Below, one piece after another: positions 29,129 to 39,594 of a stretch of 64,000 nt of DNA (its first letter is position 1; each line of letters starts with the position of its first letter). Made by a program: the position numbers and the translations under genes. This DNA comes from Bdellovibrionales bacterium (lineage in GTDB: Bacteria > Bdellovibrionota > Bdellovibrionia > Bdellovibrionales > JAUICD01): NCBI GenBank assembly GCA_965203275.1, contig OZ241865.1:1504001-1568000 (forward strand), written 5' to 3'. The notes beneath the pieces were generated by a model. It was given only the letters and a program-made list of their open reading frames with translations, searched no databases and was not told the origin of the DNA.

Positions 29129-29731
29129 GTGAAAAATTTTATTATTATATCTATTTTTTTGATGACTCTTTTGATAACACAGGTTGGCTGTCAAAACTCT
29201 CAAAATCTTTTCAAAGAGGAGCAGGATTCTAAAGTTTATGACAGTAGCTTAAATGGAATGGCTACAAGCTTTTCATGGAATCAACAAGATGTTGTAGAAA
29301 CGTGGGATTGTCAAAGGGAAGATAACAGTGATCAGGTGATCCATTTGTGTGATATTATTAATAAAGGGTTATTAGATAAGGTTCATTTAGCAGGGTATAT
29401 TATAGAAGATTTGAAGGTTGAAAGTGAAACGCAGACTCAGCCTTTTACAAATCAAGACCCTTCTGTTTTAGAAAAGTATACTATTCAATATGTGTTAAAT
29501 CCATCAGATCCATCAGATCCACCAGAGGGGTTTGATGAAAAAAAAGCAGGTATCTGTTTATGGTTATCAAAATATACCTTGTTAGGCCACTTAGATTCAA
29601 TGACAGAATATGAAATTGACAAATGCACTCATCCAGAGATTCTTGTAGAAGATATCAGGGGAATATTATTTAGAAGTTGGTTTGGCAGAAATAAAGTTGT
29701 CTTTGCTGGTGGAACAAGAACTTTCAATTAA
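29129..29731 (+). CDS. Hypothetical lipoprotein
   Basis: AAGGAG SD, GTG start, lipobox QVGC. Confidence 0.75.
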   Translation: MKNFIIISIFLMTLLITQVGCQNSQNLFKEEQDSKVYDSSLNGMATSFSWNQQDVVETWDCQREDNSDQVIHLCDIINKGLLDKVHLAGYIIEDLKVESETQTQPFTNQDPSVLEKYTIQYVLNPSDPSDPPEGFDEKKAGICLWLSKYTLLGHLDSMTEYEIDKCTHPEILVEDIRGILFRSWFGRNKVVFAGGTRTFN

Positions 29732-29979
29732 AGGAAGCCATGCTCAATCAAAAGAAGTTTTTGTTGACAGCGACGCTTGAGATCAGTCCAAGAATTAACA
29801 TAGTGAGTAAAAGGTTAGACCCTCCATAAGAGAATAATGGTAAAGGGATTCCCACGATAGGCAACAGTCCTGTCACCATGCCAACATTGACAAAAATATG
29901 CCAAAAGAGAATAGCTACCCCTCCAATAGCCAATAAAACCCCTGCTTTATCAGAAGCCCCTGACGCAATATTTACCCCT
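29702..29979. repeat. 278-bp direct repeat of rodA 3' end plus downstream DNA (second copy 33762-34039)
   Basis: Matching sequence at offset 4060. Confidence 0.95.
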
Positions 29980-30095
29980 GAGTTTGATGTCCCGCAAAAA
30001 TAAAGTTATGAGATTTCAGTAGGTTATAAGCGTAATAAGATTTTGTGCCACTAGGATGTGAGTTTTTTTAACCTAAAAAATGCTTTATTTATCGG
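29977..30095 (+). mobile_element. Family B IS-end-like repeat at the island junction
   Basis: CCTGAGTTTGATG begins exactly where rodA identity ends. Confidence 0.6.
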
Positions 30096-30279
30096 AAACT
30101 TCATCTTTTCCTCTTATTTTCAGACTTTTTATATTTTTATCATTGCTTATCTGGATTTTTAATAAAGAGACCTCTAAATGCCAATTAAATAAGCCGTAAT
30201 CATTGATATTTCGGGGGAGGTAAAAAGTATTGACAAGTATAGAGGATTAGGCTAAATGCATAATTAGTAGAGGTTTATA

Positions 30280-30483
30280 ATGATCACAGAAAAAGAGATG
30301 GATAATATATCTGAAGAAATTACCTATATTGAGGAAAGACTTAATATTCTTTCTTTAAATAATTCCATTGAAAGTCAAGAAAGAAGAAGGCTTTTGAGAC
30401 GTCTTGACTTTCTTGAATATCAACTGAGATCTTCTCTTATTTCTTTAAAAAGTAAGAAGCCTCAGTTAGGACTTGTCTCTTAA
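30280..30483 (+). CDS. Small hypothetical helical protein
   Basis: GAGG SD, TTGACA upstream, 67 aa. Confidence 0.5.
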   Translation: MITEKEMDNISEEITYIEERLNILSLNNSIESQERRRLLRRLDFLEYQLRSSLISLKSKKPQLGLVS

Positions 30484-30496
30484 ACTTTTTTTATTA

Positions 30497-33400
30497 TTAT
30501 ATCTCTTTTTGTTCTTCTTTTTCCTGTATTTCTTCAATATGTTTTATCTCTTTTTCAATACGACTCTCTTTTGTAAAGATAGCTTCTTGTGTTGTTTTAA
30601 GAAGTTGAGAAATAAGATTATTGAGCTTTTCCCATGCATTTGTACTTTCGATTTCTTCTCTGATCTCTTGTCGAATTCTTTGAAATTTCCATTGTGGTTT
30701 AATTTCTACATTTTGAGCAATTTTTTTGATTTCCTTTACTTGAATTACAATGTCCTTATGGAGTGAGTCTGAAGGATTATATTTTGGAAAAGAAGGTTTT
30801 AATAAATGTGTATGAAAGTGTCTTGGTCCATGATTTCCTTGAGATTGTAAAGGTTGAACTTGATTTAAAATGCACTCACTATTTAAAATCCCCTCAAGAT
30901 ATATTCCTTCATCTTGACTGTCAACAGGACTCCAATATAAACTTGTGTCAATAACTCCTTTTATATCTTCTAATAAAACCGCTGCTGGATATGTTCCTGA
31001 AGCTGTGTAAACTATTCTTAATTTTGAAATAGGAAATTGATTTTCTAAAAGTTTCTGATAATTAATTCTTTCTTTGAAAGTCATCTTTTCACTACTATTA
31101 GCCTTCCAAATATCTTCGGCTCTTTTGAGATATTGACTTAAATAAGTATAACCTTTTTGCTCTGCTTCAAAGGAGTTCATAACTTGATTGTCATAAGGTA
31201 TCACAGCTAGTTTTGCATCATCAATAATTCTAAACGGAGCAATAGATTTGCCTGTATAAACAGGTTTTAAAAATTGTGATTCCATTTTGTTTTCTATTGG
31301 GTCAATACTTTTCCAAGGTTCTTTATCTTGACTGGAAGTAACACCTTTGACTAAAGGTGTTTTCTTTAAAACTCCAAGTTTTCCTCCTTGCATTTTTTCT
31401 ACAAAAATAAATCGCCTTGGAACTAAAGAAGCTCCTTGTTTAAATTTATCAAAATAATAAGAATACTCAGAAGGATCATTATAATGACTTAAAGGCCATT
31501 CTTTCTTTTCATAAGATAAAGCCTTATTAGCTTCTTCTAAGTTTATATTTTTTTGAGGAAGTTTTCCTTTAAAATAAAATATATCTTCCTGAGGTAGTGA
31601 TGCTTCAGATGGCTTTCTTCTTTGAGAAAACAAAACACAACAAGTTGTTTTAAAAAGATTTTTAACCTTTGAATCAAAAAGCCACGCATTTGTAAATTTA
31701 ATTGATATTTGAGTATCGGAGTTTCTGCTAAAAGAACCCTCTCTGAAGGCTCTATGATGATCTCCATTTATAACTCCATAAGGCATTACAAAAGCTAGTT
31801 TTCCTGTCTCTTTCATATACAATTCAATGGATCTCACGAAAAAATAAGTGGATATATCCTGGCTTGTTTGAAATTTGCTATTATTTTTATTGCTGTGCAA
31901 TAATTTAATGGCACAGCATTCATCCTTAAAATTTTTCTGCATGTCGTTTGTCATACTGTTATATTTTAACCAAGGAGGATTTCCAATGACGACATCTGCT
32001 TTTTGTTTTTCTGATGAAAGCCATATTGGACGAGTTAGATTTCTTGCCATATAACCCCAAATATGATTTCTATTTTCTTTATGAAGACTAACTAACTCTT
32101 GATAAGTTTTTAATAATATTTTAAATTCATTTTGGTTACTATATTCTTTGTAGTTCTTTTGCATCCATGCTTTAAAAGCTGAATCTTTTTTATGCTCTCC
32201 GGCTAAACCAATCATTCTTCTAAGAATATCTTCAAATTTTTCAGATTCTTGGCAAATAGATTCAGGAAAAATCAATTGTCTGCTATTTGCTTTTTCTTGC
32301 TCTGGCGGAACAAGAACTTTCAAGTGAGAATTTCCATGTTGTTTATATTTATTCCATTGCAGAGAGTCTCCTAAATAGACGGGAATATTCAAATTGTCCG
32401 GTCGGCCTTCCTCTATCTTCTCTAATATGGCTAGAAGATAAGTAATCCTTGAGAAAATAACAGCTACAGGATGGATGTCAATACCTGCTATATTTTGACA
32501 GATAAGATCTATTGTTTTTTCAGAAGATATGTTTTCTGTTTGAGCTTTAGAAATTAATAATTTTATCGCATGGAATAAAAATGTACCAGAACCACAAGCA
32601 GGATCAATCACCCTTTGTTGAAGGGGATTTTCTATTGCTTCTTTGCAAATCCTTTCAGCAAGCCAATCTGGTGTGTAATATTCTCCTAATCGATGCTTTG
32701 GCCCTTGTCTGATAAGATTCTCATATAGATCCTTTAGAATATCTGCTTGGATTTTAGAAAAGTCAAACCTATTTATGTGAGAAGCAATTTTTAAAATTAA
32801 TTTTGAACCTTCCTGATCAGATGCGATCCAACTAAAAAAATCGTTTTCAATGACACCAAAAACACTGGCATCTTTAAAACCTTTGCCACTTAATAAGTCT
32901 TTTCCTGATTGAGGAATTGTATCAAAGAAGGCAATGTGTCCAATAGCTTTGGAAATAATGGTTAAATAAGTATGTTCAATAAAAAGAGATTCTTCTATAC
33001 ATTCTTTTCCATATACGTTTTCAACAGCTTTTTTCCAAAGATCATATTTTAACTTAACTTCAGGTTTATTTTTGACTTTCTTCCATAAAGATTGAATTAA
33101 AATCAATGAACTTTGACAAAGGGGACTTTGTTGACCTATTTCTTTGCGTTGACCTATTTCTTTGCAAATATTTTCAGATGTAGCTTTTAAATGATCTTTG
33201 ATCAAAACAACACTTTCAAGCCATAATATAAATTCATTAGGTTTATCTTTTTGAATAGTGAAATCACTGATTTGTTTTAATTTATCTTTATGAAGGATAT
33301 AAACAATGTATTTTTTCCCATCAGTAGCAATACCAATATGTTTAATTCCAGTGTCTTTTTCTTTAGATTTGATATACCTTTTAATTTGATCTTGAGCATC

Positions 33401-33619
33401 TTGTAATTCCCTATTTAAGTTTCTTTTAATCTCAAAAATAGTTTGCCTCCATAAAGTATCAATACGTCCCCTACAAGAAAGTCTTTCTTCTAAATCAATT
33501 TCATCATCCTTAGCATAAAGTGCATCTTTTAAAATGTCACATAAAGTAAATTTAACTTGTTCATGCCCAGGTTTGCTATGAAGTTTATTGATATTTTGAA
33601 GGATTTGAGAAGATGTCAT
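30497..33619 (-). CDS. Single-chain restriction-modification enzyme (type IIG/IIL-like; nuclease + N6-adenine MTase + TRD)
   Basis: RID..IFEIK nuclease motif, GEYYTPDWLAE, IDPACGSGTFL, VIGNPPW. Confidence 0.9.
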   Translation of the reverse strand: MTSSQILQNINKLHSKPGHEQVKFTLCDILKDALYAKDDEIDLEERLSCRGRIDTLWRQTIFEIKRNLNRELQDAQDQIKRYIKSKEKDTGIKHIGIATDGKKYIVYILHKDKLKQISDFTIQKDKPNEFILWLESVVLIKDHLKATSENICKEIGQRKEIGQQSPLCQSSLILIQSLWKKVKNKPEVKLKYDLWKKAVENVYGKECIEESLFIEHTYLTIISKAIGHIAFFDTIPQSGKDLLSGKGFKDASVFGVIENDFFSWIASDQEGSKLILKIASHINRFDFSKIQADILKDLYENLIRQGPKHRLGEYYTPDWLAERICKEAIENPLQQRVIDPACGSGTFLFHAIKLLISKAQTENISSEKTIDLICQNIAGIDIHPVAVIFSRITYLLAILEKIEEGRPDNLNIPVYLGDSLQWNKYKQHGNSHLKVLVPPEQEKANSRQLIFPESICQESEKFEDILRRMIGLAGEHKKDSAFKAWMQKNYKEYSNQNEFKILLKTYQELVSLHKENRNHIWGYMARNLTRPIWLSSEKQKADVVIGNPPWLKYNSMTNDMQKNFKDECCAIKLLHSNKNNSKFQTSQDISTYFFVRSIELYMKETGKLAFVMPYGVINGDHHRAFREGSFSRNSDTQISIKFTNAWLFDSKVKNLFKTTCCVLFSQRRKPSEASLPQEDIFYFKGKLPQKNINLEEANKALSYEKKEWPLSHYNDPSEYSYYFDKFKQGASLVPRRFIFVEKMQGGKLGVLKKTPLVKGVTSSQDKEPWKSIDPIENKMESQFLKPVYTGKSIAPFRIIDDAKLAVIPYDNQVMNSFEAEQKGYTYLSQYLKRAEDIWKANSSEKMTFKERINYQKLLENQFPISKLRIVYTASGTYPAAVLLEDIKGVIDTSLYWSPVDSQDEGIYLEGILNSECILNQVQPLQSQGNHGPRHFHTHLLKPSFPKYNPSDSLHKDIVIQVKEIKKIAQNVEIKPQWKFQRIRQEIREEIESTNAWEKLNNLISQLLKTTQEAIFTKESRIEKEIKHIEEIQEKEEQKEI

Positions 33620-33807
33620 CTTTATATGATATACGATCTGAGCTTTGCGAATGAATAACTTCAGAATAAAAAAGACTTTTACCTCGTCTAGTGTAACCTA
33701 AAAGCTTGACTTATGGTGGACTTCATTGACTTTTGTTTTGTATTTTTCTAAATTGAAAATTTTTGCTGGTGGAACAAGAACTTTCAATTAAAGGAAGCCA
33801 TGCTCAA

Positions 33808-34923
33808 TCAAAAGAAGTTTTTGTTGACAGCGACGCTTGAGATCAGTCCAAGAATTAACATAGTGAGTAAAAGGTTAGACCCTCCATAAGAGAATAATGG
33901 TAAAGGGATTCCCACGATAGGCAACAGTCCTGTCACCATGCCAACATTGACAAAAATATGCCAAAAGAGAATAGCTACCCCTCCAATAGCCAATAAAACC
34001 CCTGCTTTATCAGAAGCCCCTGACGCAATATTTACCCCTAAATATAACAAAACAACGAATAAACCAATAACAATTAAACTTCCTAAAAATCCATGCTCCT
34101 CACTTAAAACACTAAAAATAAAGTCTGTATGCCTTTCAGGTAAAAACCGTAATTGAGATTGAGTTCCTCTACGAAATCCCTTACCTAATATCTGCCCTGA
34201 CCCTATAGATATTTTAGATTGATTAGAGTTATAACCAGAACCTTTAGGATCACTTGATGGGTCTAAATAAGTTAAAATTCTTTCTTTTTGATAATCTTTG
34301 AGGGCAAAGTTCCATGCTAAAGGCAGTGCTACAATACCCATAAATATAAATGCAATAAAAAGCTTTCTTTCAATCCCTACAAATAAAATCATAGATGAAG
34401 CGACTGCCAAAAAGATCAAGGCAGTACCTAAATCAGGTTGCCGAAGTGTCAATATAAAAGGTATAATTGTCACAAGAAATGGCCCCACAAGATGCTTTAA
34501 TCGCAAAGCTTGATGATGAGAATGAGCTAATAAATGGGTTAATACTAAAACAAGGCTTAACTTCATAGTCTCAGAAGGTTGAAAATTAAAAAAACCTAGA
34601 TCGAGCCATCTTTTAGCACCATAGATAGAATGTCCTATAAAAGGCACTAACATCAAAGCTATCACATTTATAAGGTAAAAAAGATAAGAAAAACGTATAA
34701 AATGTTTGTAATGTAAAACAGTCATCACCATAAAAATAAGCCACCCAGCTAAAAAGTACGTGGCTTGAAGTAAAAAATTTTTACTGAGATGATTGAGTAC
34801 TCCGTATGTGGCACTGTAAAGGTTAATTAACCCTATAATGGTTAAAAGGAGCATAATTATTGGCAATCGCCAATCTATCCTTTGCAGTAAAGATCTTTCT
34901 TCTACAAGCAAATATGAATTCAT
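33808..34923 (-). CDS. rodA: Rod shape-determining SEDS protein
   Basis: GAKRWL, FQPSE, QPDLGTA, FLPERHTDFIF, GIPLPLFSYGGS. Confidence 0.95.
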   Translation of the reverse strand: MNSYLLVEERSLLQRIDWRLPIIMLLLTIIGLINLYSATYGVLNHLSKNFLLQATYFLAGWLIFMVMTVLHYKHFIRFSYLFYLINVIALMLVPFIGHSIYGAKRWLDLGFFNFQPSETMKLSLVLVLTHLLAHSHHQALRLKHLVGPFLVTIIPFILTLRQPDLGTALIFLAVASSMILFVGIERKLFIAFIFMGIVALPLAWNFALKDYQKERILTYLDPSSDPKGSGYNSNQSKISIGSGQILGKGFRRGTQSQLRFLPERHTDFIFSVLSEEHGFLGSLIVIGLFVVLLYLGVNIASGASDKAGVLLAIGGVAILFWHIFVNVGMVTGLLPIVGIPLPLFSYGGSNLLLTMLILGLISSVAVNKNFF

Positions 34924-34965
34924 TTTGCCCGCCCCTCAGCTTGTTTTGATCCAATACAAGATTGC

Positions 34966-36150
34966 TTAAAGCATCAAAGCCAATGTTTTTATTCTGTTAG
35001 AAGCCTCTAACATTTTATCTTGATCAATAGCATAAATAATCCTCACATAACCTTCTTGTCCAAACTCAACACCAGGGACAAGGGCTACTTTTTCAGATTC
35101 TAAAAGTTTTTGAGAAAAATCACGCGAGCTTTTAAAACCATTACGTGTATTTAAAAGCTGTTCTATATTAATCCAAAGATAAAGCCCCCCTGATGGCAAA
35201 TCACAGTTGAGTTTAGGTAAATCATTAAACAGTTTATGGGCAAAATCTCTTCGCTCTTTAAGCTCTAAGACAGTCTCTTTGACTTGACTTGAGGTATTGG
35301 TGATGGCTTCTATGGCTGCCTTTTGGCAAAAACTTGTAGGACAACTCACTGACTGACTTTGAAAGGAGGACATAGCTTTAATTAAAACTTTAGGGCCTAC
35401 ACCCCATCCTATTCGCCATCCAGTCATTCCATAAGTCTTTGAAAGGCCATTTAAAATCAATGTGCGGTCTTGTAGCTGAGGTGCGACTTCTAAAATATGA
35501 GGAGCATAGTCTAATCCTTCAAAAAAAAGCTGATTGTAAATATCATCGGAAAAAATTAAAACATTTGGAAAGTCTTGTAAAACAAGTGCAAGAGCTTTTA
35601 ATTCCTCCTGAGAATAGCTTTGACCTGTGGGATTGCTTGGACTGTTTAAAAGTAAAACCTTTGTCTGAGGAGTTAAGGCTTGTTTTAATTGATCTGCTGT
35701 GAGTTTAAAGTGATTTTCTGCTGTGGTGGATGCGATTGTAGGCTCTCCCCCTGCAAGACGGATCATTTCTGGATAACTTACCCAGTAAGGAGAAGGAACA
35801 ATGACCTTGTCTCCTTCATCAATCACTGATTGAAGGGCAGCAAAAAGCACAAATTTAGACCCTGTTGAAACTGTGACCTGTTCAGGAGTGTATTCAATAT
35901 TTAAGTGTTTTTGTGTGCTTTCTGCAATGACTTTACGTAGCTCTGGTATACCTGAAGCTGGTGTATATTTTGTAAAATCATTTTTGATAGCTTGAATACC
36001 TGCATGAGCTACATTTTTATAAGTACTCCAGTCAGGCTCTCCCGCAGAGAGGTTAATGACATCATAACCTTCTGCCTTAAGTCTGCCTGCTAAAGCGGTC
36101 AAAGCTAAGGTGGGTGAAGGTTGAAGTGATTGGATTCTTTTAGAGAGCAT
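34966..36150 (-). CDS. PLP-dependent class I (aspartate) aminotransferase
   Basis: LSAGEPD, NSPSNPTG, SDDIY, SKTYGMTGWRIG. Confidence 0.93.
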   Translation of the reverse strand: MLSKRIQSLQPSPTLALTALAGRLKAEGYDVINLSAGEPDWSTYKNVAHAGIQAIKNDFTKYTPASGIPELRKVIAESTQKHLNIEYTPEQVTVSTGSKFVLFAALQSVIDEGDKVIVPSPYWVSYPEMIRLAGGEPTIASTTAENHFKLTADQLKQALTPQTKVLLLNSPSNPTGQSYSQEELKALALVLQDFPNVLIFSDDIYNQLFFEGLDYAPHILEVAPQLQDRTLILNGLSKTYGMTGWRIGWGVGPKVLIKAMSSFQSQSVSCPTSFCQKAAIEAITNTSSQVKETVLELKERRDFAHKLFNDLPKLNCDLPSGGLYLWINIEQLLNTRNGFKSSRDFSQKLLESEKVALVPGVEFGQEGYVRIIYAIDQDKMLEASNRIKTLALML

Positions 36151-36688
36151 TATGTATTTCCTTTCTCTTTTCAAGTAAAGCCTTTATAACTGATTTTGTG
36201 ACAAATTTTTCTAGTTGTTGAGGGTTTGTGCAAACTCTTGCCAGCTCTTTAATGGCTGTGGAAGAACATTCTCTATAAATAGGATCTGCTAATAAAAAGA
36301 AAGTTTCTATCTTGTTATCTAACTGATGGTTCATTGTAGCCATTGCTCTTTCAAACTCAAGATCGTTTGCATTCCTTAAACCTCTTAAAATAGAAGGAAT
36401 ACCAGAAGATTGACAATAATCTACAAGCAAGCCCTTCCATTTGACAACCTGAAGACTGGTAGCTAAAAGCCCCACATCATTTAAAGATTTTTGAACTAAA
36501 ATATATCTTTCGTCAAGACTAAAAAGTGTTTTTTTATCACTGCTACTAGCTACCACAATATGGAGCTTGTGGCATCGAGGTAATATACGTTGGATTAAAG
36601 CAATATGCCCTCTTGTTATAGGGTCAAAGCTTCCTGAAAGTGCAAAAGAATGCCTATGTGAATGAGGAGAGGGTGGCGTAGCCTGCAT
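36140..36688 (-). CDS. coaD: Pantetheine-phosphate adenylyltransferase
   Basis: GSFDPITRGH, RGLR..DLEFE, SSTAIKE. Confidence 0.95.
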   Translation of the reverse strand: MQATPPSPHSHRHSFALSGSFDPITRGHIALIQRILPRCHKLHIVVASSSDKKTLFSLDERYILVQKSLNDVGLLATSLQVVKWKGLLVDYCQSSGIPSILRGLRNANDLEFERAMATMNHQLDNKIETFFLLADPIYRECSSTAIKELARVCTNPQQLEKFVTKSVIKALLEKRKEIHNAL

Positions 36689-36730
36689 AAAAGAAACGTG
36701 TAGTATTTTTTAAAATAAAAATCAACCTTT

Positions 36731-37002
36731 CATTTTCCCTAAAAGTGGTCTAGCCGTCATTTTCCCTAAAAGTAAACTGACCTCTGTTTCACTAAAAGTG
36801 GTCTGACCTCTGGTCACTTTCTGGTTGCCAGCCGAAGGCTATCGCCTTCTTATCTTTTTCACTAAAAATAAACCAGCCTCTGGCTGTTTTTGGGCAATCA
36901 GCCCGACGGCTGTCGCCGTCGATCAAAGGCTGATTGCCTCAAACATCCGTTTATTTTTAGTAGAGAGAATCCTCTCGTCTCTTTACACGATGTTAAGGAA
37001 AA
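36731..37002 (+). repeat. Family A: three stacked partial left ends plus full copy (36855-37002)
   Basis: Successive restarts at cattttccc / tgtttcac / tttttcac. Confidence 0.88.
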
Positions 37003-37011
37003 AGTTCTTTT

Positions 37012-37115
37012 TAAACCCGCCAGGGCTTGGGAGGAAATTTTTTAGATGCAAAAATTCATTACAATCAATGCTTTAAAACCAGATCCCGGGTTGCCGGACC
37101 CCAGATCCCGGATGA
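37012..37115 (-). repeat. Second copy of the four-helix-bundle leader plus family E heptamers, ORF absent
   Basis: Reverse complement matches about 4838-4952 (gtaatgaatttttgcatctaaaaaatttcctcc..gccc.tggcgggttt). Confidence 0.75.
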
Positions 37116-37213
37116 AAATCATGTTAGGGAAACAAGATGTTCGTCTTTTAGGAATTTTTCTAAAAGATGGGAAAAAGGCATTTGAAAATTAGAATTTAAG
37201 TAATTTCAATAAG

Positions 37214-37251
37214 TTAATACTGTGACTTTTGTATAAAAGTCACAGTATTAA
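37214..37251. repeat. Family D palindrome (17-bp arms, 4-nt centre)
   Basis: TTAATACTGTGACTTTT-GTAT-AAAAGTCACAGTATTAA; shorter copy at 37566-37589. Confidence 0.8.
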
Positions 37252-37662
37252 GTGTTTGTAATTGTTAGACTTTTTTAGGTCGACTTTAGAAATTTCTAAT
37301 TTTTCGTCTAACACAATTCTTATCGTTTATTATGACATAAAACTTTATATTTTTGTTAAAAAAAATCAAAAAAAGTTACATTTTGTATCAAAAAGAATCA
37401 CTTTTTTAAACTTTTGTATCATCTTGAAACACTTGACCAACCTTAAAGATATAAGATCAGCAAAACAAACAATAAATTTTCATTTGTATTTTCTGATTTT
37501 TGCTTTGTTTGATTTTTCAAAACAATTTTCTTGCAAAAATTTGTCTGTTTTTTGCTCTTTCAAATTGTGACTTTTATACAAAAGTCACAGTGCTAAGTCC
37601 TTGAAATCACTAGGCTCATTTTTTTGTACTCTCTAAAGGTATAGAGACAAATAAACGAACTA

Positions 37663-37960
37663 GTTTCACTCAAAATAAATCATGCCTCTGGCATGTTTTC
37701 TGGCAGTTAGCCCGACGGCTACCGCCGTCGATCAAAGGCTAACTGCCTAGAAAAATCATTTATTTTGAGTAGGGGGGAGGATCTCCTCATTTTTTGACAA
37801 GATGTTAGGGAGTTTGTTTCACTAAAAGTGGTCTGACCTCTGGTCACTTTCTGGTTGCCAGCCGAAGGCTACCGCCTTCTTAAATGCTGGCAACCTAGAA
37901 AGCCTGACCACTTTTAGTAAGAAGGATCCCTTCGTTTCTTTACACGATGTTAAGGAAACA
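37663..37960 (+). repeat. Two tandem family A copies with different stem alleles
   Basis: ACTCAAAATAAAT/ATTTATTTTGAGT copy then ACTAAAAGTGGTC/GACCACTTTTAGT copy. Confidence 0.9.
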
Positions 37961-38155
37961 AGATGTCCTTCTGATGCCAGACTGCCGGTTTACCGGATCC
38001 CGGATGGACATCATGTTAAGAAAAGAAGGGAAGGGAAGAAAAGGTTAGGTAAGCATCTGGGAGATACAAACAAGCCTAACTATAAAAGGTAAAAGAGGAT
38101 GGTTTAAGATGCTATCCATAATTTTTTATTTCATTTAACCACGAGGAGGTACAAA

Positions 38156-38878
38156 ATGAAAAAAATAAGTTTAAATCAAAGAGGCTTTAGCTTAATCGAG
38201 CTAATGGTCGTCGTAGCCGTTATTGGAATATTGGCAGTTATTGCAATACCAAACTATCAACGTTTCCAAAGAACAGCTAGACAAACAGAGGCTAAAACGC
38301 AAATGGGTGGAATCTACACAGCTATACAAACGTTTATATCACAACATGGAGTGGGTACACCAAATTTACCACAAATGGGTTATCAAGTTTCTGGTAGCAT
38401 TATTTATGATGTAGGATGGGCCGGTGCTGATAAAGTTGCAGCCGGAGTTTTGAATCCAAATCTAACAACACGACCAGCAGGTTATACAGGGCCTGCCGCT
38501 GGTGACGTAGATCATGTTAGTACTTTTGAAATCGGAACAAAAGCAGCTGGTGCTGATAAAGATGTAGCTGGTAATGCTTTAACGTTAAACACATTTCAAG
38601 CTTCAACACCGGCTAGCTGTACCAGGGGTTCTGGTGCAACTGCAAACCAGGCAACTTGTAATCAAAGTCAAAATACTTGTGGAACAACTGCTTGTGGTCC
38701 GGGTACCTGGGTTCCTGCAGTAACCACAAGAAGCGGTTCTGTAGAAGTAAACAATCGAGGACCAGGTCGTGCCACTTTTACTATTGGTGCAAGAGGAAAT
38801 ATTGGTGGTACTGATGAGGATGAGTGGAGAATGACGGAATCAAAAGCTTTAATCCATGACACTGATGGAGTCCAATAA
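38156..38878 (+). CDS. Type IV pilin
   Basis: RGFSLIELMVVVAVIGILAVIAIPNY..ARQTEAK; GGAGG SD. Confidence 0.93.
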   Translation: MKKISLNQRGFSLIELMVVVAVIGILAVIAIPNYQRFQRTARQTEAKTQMGGIYTAIQTFISQHGVGTPNLPQMGYQVSGSIIYDVGWAGADKVAAGVLNPNLTTRPAGYTGPAAGDVDHVSTFEIGTKAAGADKDVAGNALTLNTFQASTPASCTRGSGATANQATCNQSQNTCGTTACGPGTWVPAVTTRSGSVEVNNRGPGRATFTIGARGNIGGTDEDEWRMTESKALIHDTDGVQ

Positions 38879-38893
38879 TTTTAATTCAATTAT

Positions 38894-38931
38894 AAGGCTA
38901 TGGGTTTAGGTAGTCCCATAGCCTTTATTTT
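38894..38931 (+). terminator. Hairpin/terminator after pilin gene
   Basis: AAGGCTATGGG-N10-CCCATAGCCTT then T-rich. Confidence 0.6.
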
Positions 38932-38950
38932 ATCTTTGGAGACTATAGTC

Positions 38951-39496
38951 ATGCTTAACAAAATAAGAAAGCCCATCAAATATTTAGCAACACCGAGAAA
39001 GCTTTTATATCTTTATGGAATATGTGCATTAACCTGGTTATGGGCAGGTTATATTATCTATGAGGATAAATTCATTGAATCTAAAGAAAAGTATCGACAA
39101 ATGGAAAGAGAGCAATTCTTTAGAGCTGATCCGGACGTAATTAGAGATACAAGATTAACACAAGACTTTTTTGATGTAGTTTTTGAGATTCAAACAGATA
39201 GTATCGTTAAAAACAAATCAGAGGGAGAGGAAGCCCTTTTTGTGAGTGTATGTGCTACCGAGTGTCGAGTTAAAAAAGGAAAGGATATTTGTAAAGATAG
39301 ATGCAAGATGCCTCTTGACATGCCAGAGCTAAAGAATCTTTGTTTAAATGATTTGTCGACTTCAAGGGAATTTCATAAACATAGGGTTTATGATTGTCGA
39401 TTGAAGGTAAGTTTAGATGGTGATCAACCATTGCTTTGTACACCATACACGTGGAGAGGTTTTAAGGCTATTTGTACAGAGTTAAATAATACATAA
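38951..39496 (+). CDS. Hypothetical membrane-anchored Cys-rich protein
   Basis: One TM segment, multiple Cys, downstream of pilin. Confidence 0.65.
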   Translation: MLNKIRKPIKYLATPRKLLYLYGICALTWLWAGYIIYEDKFIESKEKYRQMEREQFFRADPDVIRDTRLTQDFFDVVFEIQTDSIVKNKSEGEEALFVSVCATECRVKKGKDICKDRCKMPLDMPELKNLCLNDLSTSREFHKHRVYDCRLKVSLDGDQPLLCTPYTWRGFKAICTELNNT

Positions 39497-39537
39497 ACCT
39501 TTTTGAGAACTTAAAAGTATTTTAACGTTTTCATTTT

Positions 39538-39569
39538 AAAGAGGGCTTTACGACGGGCCCTCTTTTTTT
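39538..39569 (+). terminator. Intrinsic terminator
   Basis: AAAGAGGGC...GCCCTCTTTTTTT. Confidence 0.7.
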
Positions 39570-39594
39570 AACATAGTATGAAAACAGGTTATTT

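Noticed and set aside
29748..29933. 61-aa ORF as a separate gene
   Set aside because: It is the duplicated rodA C-terminus
37221..37244. CRP site
   Set aside because: TGTGA-TCACA spacing is 14 bp rather than 6
37262..37570. 102-aa ORF
   Set aside because: TTG start, F/K/L-rich composition typical of AT-rich non-coding DNA
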